A stretch of DNA of 61,800 nucleotides, filler included, from Chthonomonadaceae bacterium (GCA_035650735.1; 3 parts of 3 records of this genome joined end to end with filler, not necessarily neighbours in it); one strand, 5' to 3'; shown: positions 20,738 to 31,884, numbered from the whole stretch's first letter. Made by a program: numbers and translations. The notes: a model not told the origin generated them from the letters alone.

Positions 20738-22810
20738 ATGGCCAAAGAGATCGTGGTCAATGTTGGCGAGCGCGAAACCCGCATCGCCGTGCTCGAAGAG
20801 GGCAAGCTGGTGGAACTCCACATCGAGCGGGCCGAACGCGTAGTCGGCAGCATCTATAAGTGCCGCGTCGCCAACGTCTTGCCCGGCATGGACGCTGCCT
20901 TCGTGGATATCGGCCTGGAGCGCAACGCCTTCCTCTATGTCGGCGACGTGCTGCCTACCGCCGACGAGGCCAACGCCACAGAGACCGGCAACGGCGCCGA
21001 GCGCCCGACCCGCTTTACGCGCGGGCGCAAGCGCGGCCAGGAACTGGCCCTGCCATCCCGCGTTCCCGCAGAGAGCGCCGAGGCTCCCATAGAAGAGGCC
21101 GACTTAATCAGCGCTGCCGAGGAGCCGGATACGCCCCGGAGCGCGGAGACCGAGTCGGATGTGGAGCAGGCCATCGAGGAAGCGGCGGCGCTGGAAGCCA
21201 TCGCGGAAACCGGCGCATTGGGACTGGCCATCTCCGAGGAGGAAGAGGAGCTCGACGAAGACGAAGAGGTTCCCTCTGAGGCGAGCGCCGGCGAGACAGA
21301 GGCCGGCAAGGCCACCCCGCGCCCACGCCGAAACTTACGCCGCTCGGTGTTGCGGCAGCAGCGCATCAAAGATGTCCTGCACGTCGGGCAGGAGCTGCTG
21401 GTACAGGTCATCAAAGGGCCGCGCAGCACCAAAGGCGCGCGTGTCTCGACCCGCATTTCGCTGCCGGGGCGCTATCTGGTGCTGATGCCCGAATCGGACA
21501 ACCTGGGCGTCTCCCGCAAAATCGAAGACCAGAAAGAGCGCGACCGCCTCAAAAAGATCGGCGAGAAGCTGCGCGAGCCAGGCTTTGGCCTGATTATCCG
21601 CACCGAAGCGGAAGAGAAGACGGAACAGGAGCTGCGCCAGGATAGGGATTTCCTGATTCAGACTTGGCGGCAGATCCAGGAGTCGGCCCGCAAGATGCGC
21701 GCCCCGGCCCTGGTGCAGCAGGACCTGACCTTGCTCTTCAAAACCATCCGGGACGTGTTCGGCTCCGACGTCAGCAAGCTGGTCATAGACGATCCGGCGG
21801 AGTACGAGAAGGCCAACGAACTGCTGGAGCGGATCTCGCCCCGGCTCAAAGGCCGTGTCCATCTCTATGACGGCGCGCAGCCTATCTTTGACCATTACGG
21901 GCTGGAAACCGAGATCGAGCGTCTGCTTAAGCGCAAGGTCTATCTCAAATCCGGCGGCTCCCTGGTCATTGATGAGACCGAGGCGCTGACCGTCATTGAC
22001 GTCAACACCAGCAAGTTTGTCGGCAGCAGCAGCCTGGCGGAAACCATCATCAAGACCAATCTGGATGCGGCTAACGAGATCGCCCGGCAATTGCGCCTGC
22101 GCGACATCGGCGGGATTATCGTCATTGACTTCATTGATATGAGCAATCCGCGCGACAAGCAGGCGGTGCTCAAGGCGCTAGAGACGGCTCTGAAAAAGGA
22201 TCGCTCACGCACCAAAATCTCCAATATCAGCCCGCTTGGGCTGGTCGAGATGACGCGCAAGCGCACTGGCGAGACCCTGACCGGCTTCCTGACCGACGAG
22301 TGTCCCTATTGCAAGGGACGCGGCTATCTACCCTCGGCGGAGAGCGTCAGCCTACTGGTGGAGCGCGACCTGCGCCGCCAGGTTAACAGCCCACAGAACG
22401 CCAAAAAGGAGGCGTTCCTGGTCACCTGCCACCCGGAGGTCGCCGAGCTTCTCATCGGCCCGGATGGCGCTACCATCGAAGCTGTTGAGCGGCAGTTGCA
22501 GCGGGCTATCTATATTCGCTGCGATGAGGACGCGCACATCGAAAAGTACGCGATTGAGCCGGGCGACATGGCCGAGTTCGAGAAGAACCGCCTCAATTAC
22601 CGGCGTGCGCAGGTCGTAGAGTGCCGCATCACCCGCTCCCTGCTCAAAGAGCCGAATAAATGCATCGGCTGGGCGGATGGGTATATGCTCGACCTGGACG
22701 ACGGCCACCGGTTCATCGGCCAGAAAGCCAAAGCGCGCATTCTGGACGTGCACCGCTCCTATGCCGTCGGGCAGATCGTGCCCGGCACGAACCGTCCGCT
22801 GGAGTCCTGA
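20738..22810 (+). CDS. rng: Ribonuclease E/G (Rne/Rng family) with C-terminal TRAM-like domain
   Basis: AGGAGG RBS; NVLPGMDAAFVDIG, QVIKGPRSTKGAR, IDVNT, RQLRLRDIGGIIVIDFIDM, CPYC.GRG. Confidence 0.92.
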   Translation: MAKEIVVNVGERETRIAVLEEGKLVELHIERAERVVGSIYKCRVANVLPGMDAAFVDIGLERNAFLYVGDVLPTADEANATETGNGAERPTRFTRGRKRGQELALPSRVPAESAEAPIEEADLISAAEEPDTPRSAETESDVEQAIEEAAALEAIAETGALGLAISEEEEELDEDEEVPSEASAGETEAGKATPRPRRNLRRSVLRQQRIKDVLHVGQELLVQVIKGPRSTKGARVSTRISLPGRYLVLMPESDNLGVSRKIEDQKERDRLKKIGEKLREPGFGLIIRTEAEEKTEQELRQDRDFLIQTWRQIQESARKMRAPALVQQDLTLLFKTIRDVFGSDVSKLVIDDPAEYEKANELLERISPRLKGRVHLYDGAQPIFDHYGLETEIERLLKRKVYLKSGGSLVIDETEALTVIDVNTSKFVGSSSLAETIIKTNLDAANEIARQLRLRDIGGIIVIDFIDMSNPRDKQAVLKALETALKKDRSRTKISNISPLGLVEMTRKRTGETLTGFLTDECPYCKGRGYLPSAESVSLLVERDLRRQVNSPQNAKKEAFLVTCHPEVAELLIGPDGATIEAVERQLQRAIYIRCDEDAHIEKYAIEPGDMAEFEKNRLNYRRAQVVECRITRSLLKEPNKCIGWADGYMLDLDDGHRFIGQKAKARILDVHRSYAVGQIVPGTNRPLES

Positions 22811-22980
22811 TGCCGCTGTCGCTCTGAGGGCGCGCTCTCGCCCACAACACAAACGCATCGCCTGGAGAATTCCCCCGTGGTTCTCCAGGCGATTGGCTTT
22901 GACTGCTTGGGAGTCTCTCCCCTCAGGCGCTTTGCCGAGAGGGGAGAACCGCCCTGGCAGAACAGGCTCCACAGGCCCGC

Positions 22981-24180
22981 TCAGGAATGGGAAGCCGACA
23001 CGGGCGCTTGCGGCGTGGCCGCGCGGCTATCTACCACCGCATCCTGGGTCCGGGGATGCCAGCTCACTTGCCAGCCCAGCTTCTGCGCCACCTTCCCCAA
23101 CGGAACCCACCAGCCGTAGTCCTGCCACCGCGCCCCGACCTCCTTGCCTGCAAGCCTTCGGTTTCCAACCTGGATCACTACGCTTTTGGGGTCTGCCTCC
23201 ACTCTGGCTCCCAGCCCTCGCAGCAGTTCGGCCCGTATCCAGAGCCTGCCCGCCTTGAGGACCGGAGCCGCGTAGGAGTGGAGGAGCTTGCCCTCTCTGG
23301 AGCGCAGGCTAATCTGCTTCTTCTGGGGTAGCGGCGGCAGGGTGCGCCGTCTGGCCCCCGGAGCGCCGCCCAAAAAGCCTCCCGGTAAGCCGGTGACCTC
23401 CCCGGTAAGGGCATCTACCCACACATCGTAATGCAATTCGGGGTCGGTAACCGGCCTTGGTTGTTGGCTGATGTGCCATTCCAATCGTTGAACTCCAAAG
23501 GAGTCCTGACTGATTTGTAGATAAGCTAAATTGAAGGGAACCTGGGCTAGATCCAAAGCGGCAAACGGAGCCGCTATCTGCTTGGCTTGTTCTAGAGGAA
23601 TGCGCGGCACCAGGGGCGCCATAATTGGTATATCCATGGGCGCAAGATAGGAAAAAACCTGGCCTGTGATGCCATCTACCCTCACTTCGAGATCTGTACC
23701 CATCGGCGCAAGAACTCCATAGGCGTTGAGCACGCGATACCAGATGAAGATATACGTGCCCTGGTTGCCGTTGCTAAATGCGGGCGCTGGCACCCATTGG
23801 AACTGAGCAAACGGAGGATAGTGCCGTCGCGCGAAATCTTCGGCAATGGCCCGTGCCTCTTGCAAGCTTAATTTCGGTATGGTAGCGCCATCAGGAAAGC
23901 GTAATTGCATAGAAAGAACCTTCCCATCCGTAGCGCGTACAGCAAATGCTCCGCCAGTTGCCGGGTATTCCGGCGTTACAACAGTGTAGTGGAGGCCCAG
24001 CCGGCTTGTCAGCGGATCGTCAGCATAGGGGCCGCTCGCAACTAAATCGGCAGTGGGATTGCCAATAAATTGGCGCACGGACTGAATGGCCTGATCGGGC
24101 GTAATCACATTCCGGGCTTGCGTGCTGCCCTTCAAAAGCAGGATGCCTATCAATATCCATATGAGCAAAGAGGTTCGCAT
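22981..24180 (-). CDS. Secreted PepSY/YcdB-like repeat protein with C-terminal stalk (copper amine oxidase N-like) domain
   Basis: Signal peptide from ATG 24180; repeated I/L-S/T-x-E/D-x-A-x-x-I-A ... VDGITGQV / VDALTGEV units; WVPL..VAQ.LGWQVSW. Confidence 0.6.
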   Translation of the reverse strand: MRTSLLIWILIGILLLKGSTQARNVITPDQAIQSVRQFIGNPTADLVASGPYADDPLTSRLGLHYTVVTPEYPATGGAFAVRATDGKVLSMQLRFPDGATIPKLSLQEARAIAEDFARRHYPPFAQFQWVPAPAFSNGNQGTYIFIWYRVLNAYGVLAPMGTDLEVRVDGITGQVFSYLAPMDIPIMAPLVPRIPLEQAKQIAAPFAALDLAQVPFNLAYLQISQDSFGVQRLEWHISQQPRPVTDPELHYDVWVDALTGEVTGLPGGFLGGAPGARRRTLPPLPQKKQISLRSREGKLLHSYAAPVLKAGRLWIRAELLRGLGARVEADPKSVVIQVGNRRLAGKEVGARWQDYGWWVPLGKVAQKLGWQVSWHPRTQDAVVDSRAATPQAPVSASHS

Positions 24181-24320
24181 GGCCGCTACTCCTAGCTTAT
24201 TGGTTAAATCGCGCCGGGAAGATTTTAATTGTTCCATCGCCTTCTGTTTGGAAGTTTCGAAGGGATAGATCCATGTTGGGAATCCTCGCCGCCCAATAAG
24301 CAGCATCATTAACGGTTTGC

Positions 24321-24812
24321 TTAAGTGGGTCTGAGCCCTGAAGGTTTTTTCCAGAATTCATCGGCCCACTCCTCGGCCCCAGCCGTCTTGAGGCTACCAT
24401 CAGGGTTGAACTGGTGGGTAGCGATAGTGACAGTAAAACCTAAGGCGCACTTGGCTCCCTTGGCTACGACTCCTTTGGGGAGAGAACCCCAATCCGGGTT
24501 CCAATAGGCTGTGTTACAGCCCTCAAACACGGCCAACAGCACCTTGCTCAACGCTCCAGCCGCCAGATCATCGAGCACCTGGATATCCGGCACATAGGTC
24601 CAATGGTAGGCTTGGACATCGCTGAGGAGCTTATTCCTGGCGGTGGCGGTCTGCACCATAAAGCTCCAATGCCCGTTAGCCCCGCCCCCATCCCAGAAGG
24701 TCTGGTAGGTCTTCATACTCCCATCTATCAGCCCGCCGCCATGCCCGAAGACAAAGAAGACCGCGCAGCCCTGGAGTGAATAACGACAAATAGATTTCCG
24801 CCCAAACGACAA
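24321..24812 (-). pseudogene. C-terminal fragment of a caspase-hemoglobinase-fold (DUF6345-like) protein
   Basis: VFFVFGHGG and AVFEGCNT putative His/Cys dyad; GAKCALGF; no convincing start, next to a contig gap. Confidence 0.4.
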
Positions 24813-24915
24813 TTAGAACTCCCGCTGGCTTGCAGCGAATAGACTTGTTCCAGTCCATCGCAAGGAGACTGGAATGGTCACAGATCAGCAAGTGAGGAGG
24901 CTTCTGTCGTTGAGC

Positions 24916-25015
24916 NNNNNNNNNNNNNNNNNNNNNNNNNNNNNNNNNNNNNNNNNNNNTTAATTAATTAANNNNNNNNNNNNNNNNNNNNNNNNNNNNN
25001 NNNNNNNNNNNNNNN
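24916..25015. other. Artificial contig linker (N-run with TTAATTAATTAA)
   Basis: 100-nt N block with central six-frame stop linker. Confidence 0.97.
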
Positions 25016-25585
25016 GCGGGTGCTGTCCCAGTTGTAGGTGTAGGGCGGGAAGTTGATGAGCGCGAGGAAGTCGTTGTCCACGAAAAACATCACGTAGGGC
25101 TTGTTGAGGTTTTCGTCGAGCTTGACTTCGATGGGGACGACCCCCTGAACCATCTCGCGGCTCCTGGGGTAGACAAAGCGCAGCGGGCCGCTCTGAGGGG
25201 TGAGACTCAGGCTGACCCGCGAGGTCGCCGTGGCCGTATTGCCGTCCAGGTCTGTGGCAATTACTTTGACCTCGTGCGTGCCGTTGGAGAGCAGGGCGCT
25301 ATCGATCACAAAACGGAGCGTACCGTGTCCGGCCCGCGTTCGGATGGACTGCTCTTTGATGAGCGTTCCGTCCACATAGAGCTCGATAGAGCGCAACAGG
25401 CCGCTGTCGTACTTTACATCCAGGTTGACCGTGCCATCGTTGGAGATCGCGCCGAGCGCGCCGATTTCGACCTGCAAGCCACTCGCAGCGGCCGGGGCGG
25501 GATGGGCCAGCGCTGCCTGCGGCGCAGCGCCGAATGCCACCCCCGTCCCGGCGGCCAGCGCGAGTACGCAAGCCATCCTTTTCAT
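25016..25585 (-). CDS. Secreted Ig-like (Big) domain protein, truncated by the gap
   Basis: GGAGG RBS; signal peptide; ELYVDG, LSNGTHEVKVIATD, PPYTYNWDST. Confidence 0.65.
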
Positions 25586-25959
25586 GAATCCGCCTCCCTT
25601 GTGTTGTTGGATGTCCAGGGAACTTCCCAGGTCATGGTGCCAATGGATGATAGAGAGATCATTGCCAATTGCGCAACAGACGCCGATCTGTGGCCGCGCG
25701 CAGGCGCGCGGAAGGGTCGGAACGAGTTACGAAAGATGCTGATAAGTGCGATGCGGATATGGGTGGACATCTGCGCGCGGCCGCATGTGTAAGGGGGTTC
25801 GTCGCGGATAGCCCCTGTCAAGCCAGATGTGCTAATAGCGTGCGCACTCTAACATATTTGTGATCGTTTGTCAAGATGCCGGGCGAAAAAATCCGGGGGG
25901 ATTACGGGACGCGGCGGCAGGATCTCTCCTGCCGCCGGCAAACGTGGAGGAAGCGCCGC

Positions 25960-26451
25960 TTATTTTGCGGGCGCAGCCGGGGAGGAAGAAGAGGCTGCGG
26001 GCGCGTTGGGATTGATTGCCGAGGAGGAAGCCTTCTCCCCCTCTATCTTCTTCTTTGCGTTCTCATAGGCTGCCTTGGCCGCATCCGCCTCCTTGAAGGC
26101 CTCGGGCCCCATATGGTGCTGCGAGAAGAAATCCGAGCTGATGTCCATCTGGTTGGGATCTTTGGCCAGCCGCATACGGGTCTGGTTGGCTAGCTCCTTC
26201 TGTGCCGCCTCCATGATCTTGCGCTGCTTAGCCCGATCCGCCATCATCCTTTCGCGCACGCCCTTCATCATCTTCATGCGCTCTTTCATTTCATTCTGCA
26301 TGGCGGCTTTTACAGGCTGTTGCGGCTTGGGCTGCTCCTCCTGCGGCGGGCCGGGCGGGGGCGGCGTGACGAGCTTGCCGATGCCGACGAGCGCTCCCAG
26401 CAAGACCACGACCAACAGCAGGCGAGTGCTGCTGAATCCTCTACGTTCCAT
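25960..26451 (-). CDS. Hypothetical membrane-anchored protein
   Basis: AGGAGG RBS, ATG 26451, N-terminal TM helix, Pro-rich linker. Confidence 0.6.
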   Translation of the reverse strand: MERRGFSSTRLLLVVVLLGALVGIGKLVTPPPPGPPQEEQPKPQQPVKAAMQNEMKERMKMMKGVRERMMADRAKQRKIMEAAQKELANQTRMRLAKDPNQMDISSDFFSQHHMGPEAFKEADAAKAAYENAKKKIEGEKASSSAINPNAPAASSSSPAAPAK

Positions 26452-26538
26452 AGATAAAGACCTCCTGAACCGTTCCAAAAGTGCGCTGCCAAAAAATAGA
26501 TTGGCTTCTGGCATTATAGGGCCAGTTTGGGCGCCGTG

Positions 26539-29286
26539 TCAAGGGCGGCGCCCATCCCCCGCCGCCTCCGTCTGCGGCAGAATCTGTGCCAGCGCCTGCT
26601 GCGCCTCCGTCTCGGAGAGGTGGCGCGCTCCCGCGACGTAGAAGCTGGAGCGCGCCTCGCCCTGCCAGGTGGAGGCGCGGGCGCTGCGAATGTCCCAACC
26701 GAGATGCGAGAGCGCGTCGCAAACCCGATAGAAGGTGCCGGGCTCGTCCGGCCCGCTGGTCTCAATATAGGTCAGCGTGTCGGAGAGATCGTTGCGGACG
26801 GAGCGCACGAGGATGGAGGGCGAGCGGACCGCTGCCGCGCGGCCCCTGGCGCCCGTTGCGCTGCCGCGCGCCTTTTGCAGTATCGCTCCCACGCTCTGCG
26901 CCCCCGTCAGCACCGCCGTCAGGTTCGCGGCCACCTCGCGCCGCTTGCCCGGACTAAGCTGTCGGCCCCGGAAATCCACCCAGAGAGTGTCCAGCGCGAT
27001 CCGGTCGGCGGACGTCACCCGCGTCATGACCTGAGCGCTGTGCGTGTTGAGGCCGGCGGCGTAGAAGACGCCCGCGATCTTGGCGAGCAGGCCCGGCTGC
27101 GGGTCGTCATAGGCGCAGATGGTCACCTCTGTATAGGTGGCATCCCGCTCATCATGGAAATCTATGACCGGCTGGCCGGCCCGCACCTTGCGGATAAAGC
27201 CGATATGCAGCGCCATATTGCTTAAACTTTGATTTAATAGGTACTCCGGCGGCATCGCCTGCACATGCTCGGCGACCTCCTCCTCCGGTAGATTCTCCGG
27301 CGAGAGGTCTTTTAAGAGGCGGCGGCGGGCGCGCGCGATGGCCGCGTCGTCGTAGCCGACCGGCTCCTCGTCGGAGAGCACGGCGGCAGCGCGCCGCCAC
27401 AGGTCGCGCAGGAAGCGGCCTTTCACCTGCGTCCAGACCCCGGCCCCCACGGCGCGCGTGTCGGCATAGGTCAGCAGGTAGAGCATGTTCAGGCGGTCCA
27501 GGTCGTTGACCTGGCGGGTGAACTCGCGGATAGTTTCGTCCTGATGCAGGTCGCGCAGGCGCGAGGTCTCCGCCATGAGCAGGTGGTAGCGCACGAGGAA
27601 GCGCACGTTGGCTGCCGCCTCTTCCGGCCAGCCGAGCCGTCGGCAGACGGCCTCGGCCACCTCCTCGCTCACCTCCGCATGCGGTTTGCCGGGCGTGGCT
27701 TTGCCGCTATCGTGGAGCAGGATGGCTAGGATGAGCTGCTCCGGGTGCGGCAGCTCCTCCAGCAGCCGGCGCATCTCCATCAGGTCTTCGCTGCCCTCCG
27801 CCGTCAGCAACTCCTCCAGGTGCTGCACGGCCAGCAGAGAGTGCTGCCCGACCGTATAGTCGTGGGAGGGATCGTAGGGGATCAGATCCATCAGATCGCC
27901 GAACTCCGGCAGAAACCAGCCAAGCACACCGAGGTCGGCCATGCGCTGCAGGATGGGGTAGACCTTGCCGGTTTTGGATAGGATTCGCGTGAAAACTTGC
28001 GCTGCTGCCAGCGGGTCGGCCAGGGCCGGGCGTGTCTGCGCCAGCGTGACGATGGCCCGCTCTAGCCGCTCGCCAAACGTCAGGTCGTACTTTTGCGCCA
28101 GTTCGCAGGCCCAGAGCATCCAGGCCGGGTCGTCGGTTTCCAGGGCCTCGTTGGCGGGGACGATCTGGCGCCGACGGCAGTCGAGCCCGATCCCCAGCAG
28201 CAGGCGGCTGTTGCCGACGTGGCGCATGATCTGGTCGGAGACGCGGCGCACCAGGGCCAGCCGGGGATAGAGATCGGCCATGAACCGCTCTACGGGCAGC
28301 GTCGCCGTTTCCTCCGATTCCAGGGCGGGGCCGGCCTCGTAGCCGAGGCTTGCCGCAACATCCTCCTGGCGCGTGATCACCAGCGTATCGCGCTCGGCCC
28401 CGGCCAGTGCGTGCAGCGCGTTGCGCACGCGGAAGAGGAACTCTTTTGCCTCCGCCAAGCGCGCCGCGTCGGCGGGCGAGACATCGGCTTCCCGGATCAG
28501 CGCCTCGAAGGCGCGCTCTCCCCGCACGCGCGCCGCCGCCAGGTTCGCCCGCGCCTGCACCAGCCATACCGCCGTTTGCAGGTCGCGCAGGCCGCCCGGC
28601 CCCTCCTTTAATTGCGGCTCGACCACGCGCGGCGTCTGGCCCCATTTGGTTAGCGCGCGCCGCCGCTCCTCCAGCTTGGTAAAAATGAAGTCGGTCGGGT
28701 TGAAGCCCATCCAGAAGGCGTCTTCCAGCTGGATAAACAGGCGGTTGCTGCCGATAATACGGCGGGCGTCGAGCAGTCCGCAGGCCGTCTGATGGTCGAG
28801 TGCCGAGCAATCCTCCAGCAGTCGGTAGGCGTAACCGACCTCAAGCCCACAGCGGGCGATGCAGACATCCATGACCTGCGTGAACATGTCCCGGATCACC
28901 CGATCCACCTGTGGATCGCCGTCTCGATAGGGAATGAAGGTGATGTCAATATCGGAAAAGGGGGAAAGCTCGCGCCGGCCATAGCCGCCAGTAGCGACGA
29001 TGACGATGGGTAGGATTTCCGGATTGGCCCCGACGCGGGCGCAGGCCAGCGCAAACATCCGGGAGATGACGGCATCCATGAGATCGCTGAACGCGCGCGC
29101 CATCGCCAGCCCACCGACCGCAGCGTCCTGGCGGATGCGCTCCATCAGGGCTTCACGCTCAGCGCGCAGATAGGCGGCGAGCTCAACCGAATCGCGGAGT
29201 GTGTTGAGATGGTCGGTACGCTGGCTGCGTTGCGGCTCTACGGCAACGCCCGGCAGCGCTATTTCCGGGGCAGTAGCATCACGCAT
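26539..29286 (-). CDS. glnD: [Protein-PII] uridylyltransferase
   Basis: ATGGYGRRELSPFSDIDI, LKEGPGGLRDL, H.YTVGQHS, LLHD.GK, TYAD, two ACT domains. Confidence 0.95.
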   Translation of the reverse strand: MRDATAPEIALPGVAVEPQRSQRTDHLNTLRDSVELAAYLRAEREALMERIRQDAAVGGLAMARAFSDLMDAVISRMFALACARVGANPEILPIVIVATGGYGRRELSPFSDIDITFIPYRDGDPQVDRVIRDMFTQVMDVCIARCGLEVGYAYRLLEDCSALDHQTACGLLDARRIIGSNRLFIQLEDAFWMGFNPTDFIFTKLEERRRALTKWGQTPRVVEPQLKEGPGGLRDLQTAVWLVQARANLAAARVRGERAFEALIREADVSPADAARLAEAKEFLFRVRNALHALAGAERDTLVITRQEDVAASLGYEAGPALESEETATLPVERFMADLYPRLALVRRVSDQIMRHVGNSRLLLGIGLDCRRRQIVPANEALETDDPAWMLWACELAQKYDLTFGERLERAIVTLAQTRPALADPLAAAQVFTRILSKTGKVYPILQRMADLGVLGWFLPEFGDLMDLIPYDPSHDYTVGQHSLLAVQHLEELLTAEGSEDLMEMRRLLEELPHPEQLILAILLHDSGKATPGKPHAEVSEEVAEAVCRRLGWPEEAAANVRFLVRYHLLMAETSRLRDLHQDETIREFTRQVNDLDRLNMLYLLTYADTRAVGAGVWTQVKGRFLRDLWRRAAAVLSDEEPVGYDDAAIARARRRLLKDLSPENLPEEEVAEHVQAMPPEYLLNQSLSNMALHIGFIRKVRAGQPVIDFHDERDATYTEVTICAYDDPQPGLLAKIAGVFYAAGLNTHSAQVMTRVTSADRIALDTLWVDFRGRQLSPGKRREVAANLTAVLTGAQSVGAILQKARGSATGARGRAAAVRSPSILVRSVRNDLSDTLTYIETSGPDEPGTFYRVCDALSHLGWDIRSARASTWQGEARSSFYVAGARHLSETEAQQALAQILPQTEAAGDGRRP

Positions 29287-29605
29287 AGTAATCCATTGTA
29301 CCTAATCCTACCCGCAGAAGCAAGGGCGGGGTTCGCATCTAGCCTACAACTTTACCCTGGTTGAGTGCCTGCCCGCATTAAGTCAGGCGCTCCCGAAGCA
29401 AGGGCGGGTTAGATTGGAAGTGAGAAAGGAAACCCGGCTATCCACACCTAATAAAGTGGGGAAGCTTGCGGCAGGTTATGAGTTCCTAACACAACGTGGC
29501 TGTGAGGCTCTCCCCTCACCCCGGCCCTCTCCCTGCAAGGCAGAGGGAGAACGGGTTTTGTTAGGCGCTCTAAGCTCTGTCAGCAAGCGCACGACGATAG
29601 GACGT

Positions 29606-30973
29606 ATGGAAAGGGACGATAACATTTCACCGATGCCTGCCGCTTCTTCCCCTGGCAATGCCAAAGTTTGGGCCTACTGGCAGCAGACGATACAGAACCG
29701 CATCCTGCTGGTGGTGCTGTGCATGGTGCTGCTGGTTCCCTCGCTGGCCTCGCCCTCCAATGAGGCCCTGCAAGGGGCGGCCAACAAAGCCTTGCAGGTC
29801 ATGGCCGCGCTGCTGGCGGGCATTTTGGTCCTGCGCGCGCGGTTTCCTATCAAGCGCGCCGACATCCTGGCCTTTCTGGGCACCGGCCCCAACCTGTATC
29901 TCCTGCTGTATCTGGCCGCCTCGGTGATCTCTCTGCTGCTAGGCCCTGCGGCGCCATCGCTGCGCCGCTTCGGCCTGGCGGAGCTCCAGCGAATCGTCGT
30001 TAGCGCGCTGCTCTATTTTGCCCTGGCCTACCACGTCCGCCGCTCGGAGCATCTAGTCAAAATTCAGGGCGCCCTGACGCTGGTCGTCACCTTATTGGCC
30101 GGCGTCGGCCTGCTGGCGCTGGCGCTGACCGGCGCGCACCGCTACGCCTTTCTTTTTGGCGACCACCAGCTCTTCGGCGCCTTTCTGATGATTCTGCTGC
30201 CCGTGCCCCTGGTCCGCGCCCTGACCGAGCGCGATCCGAAACGGCAGCAGATGGCGCTGGCGGCAGCGGCCCTCGTCGGCGTCTGTCTGCTGATGACCGG
30301 GACGCGCAGCGCCTGGCTGGGGGCGCTCGCCTCCGTGATCGCGCTGATGCTCTTCAGTCGGATCGGCGCTCCGGAGAGGCGCCCGGCGCCGGGCGCGGCA
30401 CGGAAGTATCTCGTTCCGCTGCTGGTCCTCCTGGTCGGCAGTGGGCTGTTTGCGGCGCTGGGGGGCGCCAACTCTCTATTTGGCACGCCGTTGGGGGCCA
30501 ATAGACGCGAGGAGAGCCTGGCCTATCGGGAGACGAAGTGGCGTGCCGCCGAGAAGCTGTTCCTCCGCCGGCCCCTGTTCGGCAACGGCCTGGGAACGTT
30601 CCCCTTCCTGCAGGAGCCTTACAGCCAGAGCGGGCGTCCGCCGGAGTTCGTGGTGCAGAACCGGCCGACCCTGGCGGAGATGGCGCATAACTTCTGGCTG
30701 CAGATGGCGGCAGAGCAGGGGCTGATCGGAGTGGGCCTGTTTGCCGGGATCGTGGTGGCGTTTCTGCGGGCGGGCATTCGGCGACTGCGCTTTATGGAAG
30801 GCGGCATTCGGCGCTCTCTGCTGCTGGCGTGCCTGTGCGGCGTGGTGGGCTTTACGGTGGATGCCCTCGGGAACCCGGCCTGGCAGTTCGCGCAGGTCTC
30901 GCTCTTCTTCTGGCTGCTGCTGGGGCTGGGCGTGGCCTGCCTGCGTCCCCGCACCCCACGCGCCGAGAACTGA
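29606..30973 (+). CDS. O-antigen ligase (Wzy_C) family membrane protein
   Basis: Multiple TM helices; TGTRSAWLG, PLFGNGLGTF, AHNFWLQMAAEQGLIG; start uncertain. Confidence 0.85.
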   Translation: MERDDNISPMPAASSPGNAKVWAYWQQTIQNRILLVVLCMVLLVPSLASPSNEALQGAANKALQVMAALLAGILVLRARFPIKRADILAFLGTGPNLYLLLYLAASVISLLLGPAAPSLRRFGLAELQRIVVSALLYFALAYHVRRSEHLVKIQGALTLVVTLLAGVGLLALALTGAHRYAFLFGDHQLFGAFLMILLPVPLVRALTERDPKRQQMALAAAALVGVCLLMTGTRSAWLGALASVIALMLFSRIGAPERRPAPGAARKYLVPLLVLLVGSGLFAALGGANSLFGTPLGANRREESLAYRETKWRAAEKLFLRRPLFGNGLGTFPFLQEPYSQSGRPPEFVVQNRPTLAEMAHNFWLQMAAEQGLIGVGLFAGIVVAFLRAGIRRLRFMEGGIRRSLLLACLCGVVGFTVDALGNPAWQFAQVSLFFWLLLGLGVACLRPRTPRAEN

Positions 30974-31246
30974 CATGCTCATCGCCCCCGCCGACAGAGC
31001 GTCTTCTCCTCAGTCTCTCCAACTATAATGCCAGGAGATCATGTGTAATCTCCGGCCTCTACATTTTCAAGAGACAACTCCTCTACCCGGATTTTCACTT
31101 TGGACGCTTCCCATTGCTTCTCTAGCAGGAGATCACTAGACCGATAGCAAAAGAGACCAATGTTGCCTTATCTCTATCCTGCAAGGCCGGCAACATGCCA
31201 TTGGCTGGAGGCGAGCTTCTCCAGCAGACACCGGGTACGAAGGCGA

Positions 31247-31822
31247 ATGGTGATGAAGACACTGGACGCGACGGTAAAGACGTTTTTCCTGTCGGTGGCG
31301 GCGGCATCGCTGTTGCTCTGTAGCGGAGGGGTACGTGCGGAGACGAAAGTAACCGTTGGAGTCGGCCACATGTGCTGCGCCGGCTGCCAGGCAGCAGCGA
31401 AAACGGCGCTGGCAGAGGTAGCCAGCGATGTCGCGATTGACGGTACGAATGTGACCGTTACGCTCAAGGACAATGCAACCGATATCGTTCCGGTTCTGGA
31501 CGCGCTACGCAAGGGCGGCTTCCCAGCGACCAAGATCGAGGCGGGCAGCGGTCCGGTGACTATCGGAGTCGCCCATCTCTGCTGCGGCGGCTGCAGCGCC
31601 GCCCTGGATAAGGCGCTGAGGTCTTCCAAAATCGAGGCGCTAAACCTGGACTCCATTAAGGTCGCAGACGGTGCGCTGACGCTGAAAGCAAAGGAAGGCC
31701 AATCGCTGGACCTGGTTCCGGTGCTGGCCTCTATGGAAAAGGCCGGCTTCTCGCCGAAAAGCATTACGATGGGAGCCGCCACCGCCGCTCTCCGACCCAA
31801 AGCCAAGCTTGCCGCGCATTGA
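31247..31822 (+). CDS. Secreted tandem heavy-metal-associated (HMA-like) domain protein
   Basis: Signal peptide; HMCCAGC and HLCCGGC, each unit ending L/M-xK-xGF. Confidence 0.7.
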   Translation: MVMKTLDATVKTFFLSVAAASLLLCSGGVRAETKVTVGVGHMCCAGCQAAAKTALAEVASDVAIDGTNVTVTLKDNATDIVPVLDALRKGGFPATKIEAGSGPVTIGVAHLCCGGCSAALDKALRSSKIEALNLDSIKVADGALTLKAKEGQSLDLVPVLASMEKAGFSPKSITMGAATAALRPKAKLAAH

Positions 31823-31884
31823 TGCGGTTTTTTAGTCCTTAACCCCCGGCCCTCCTTGACCGGGGGTAAGGGCCTTTTGCTCAC

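Noticed and set aside
24916..25015. TTAATTAATTAA motif and gene adjacency across the gaps (also 45597-45696)
   Set aside because: Artificial contig linker; neighbourhood across it is not evidence.
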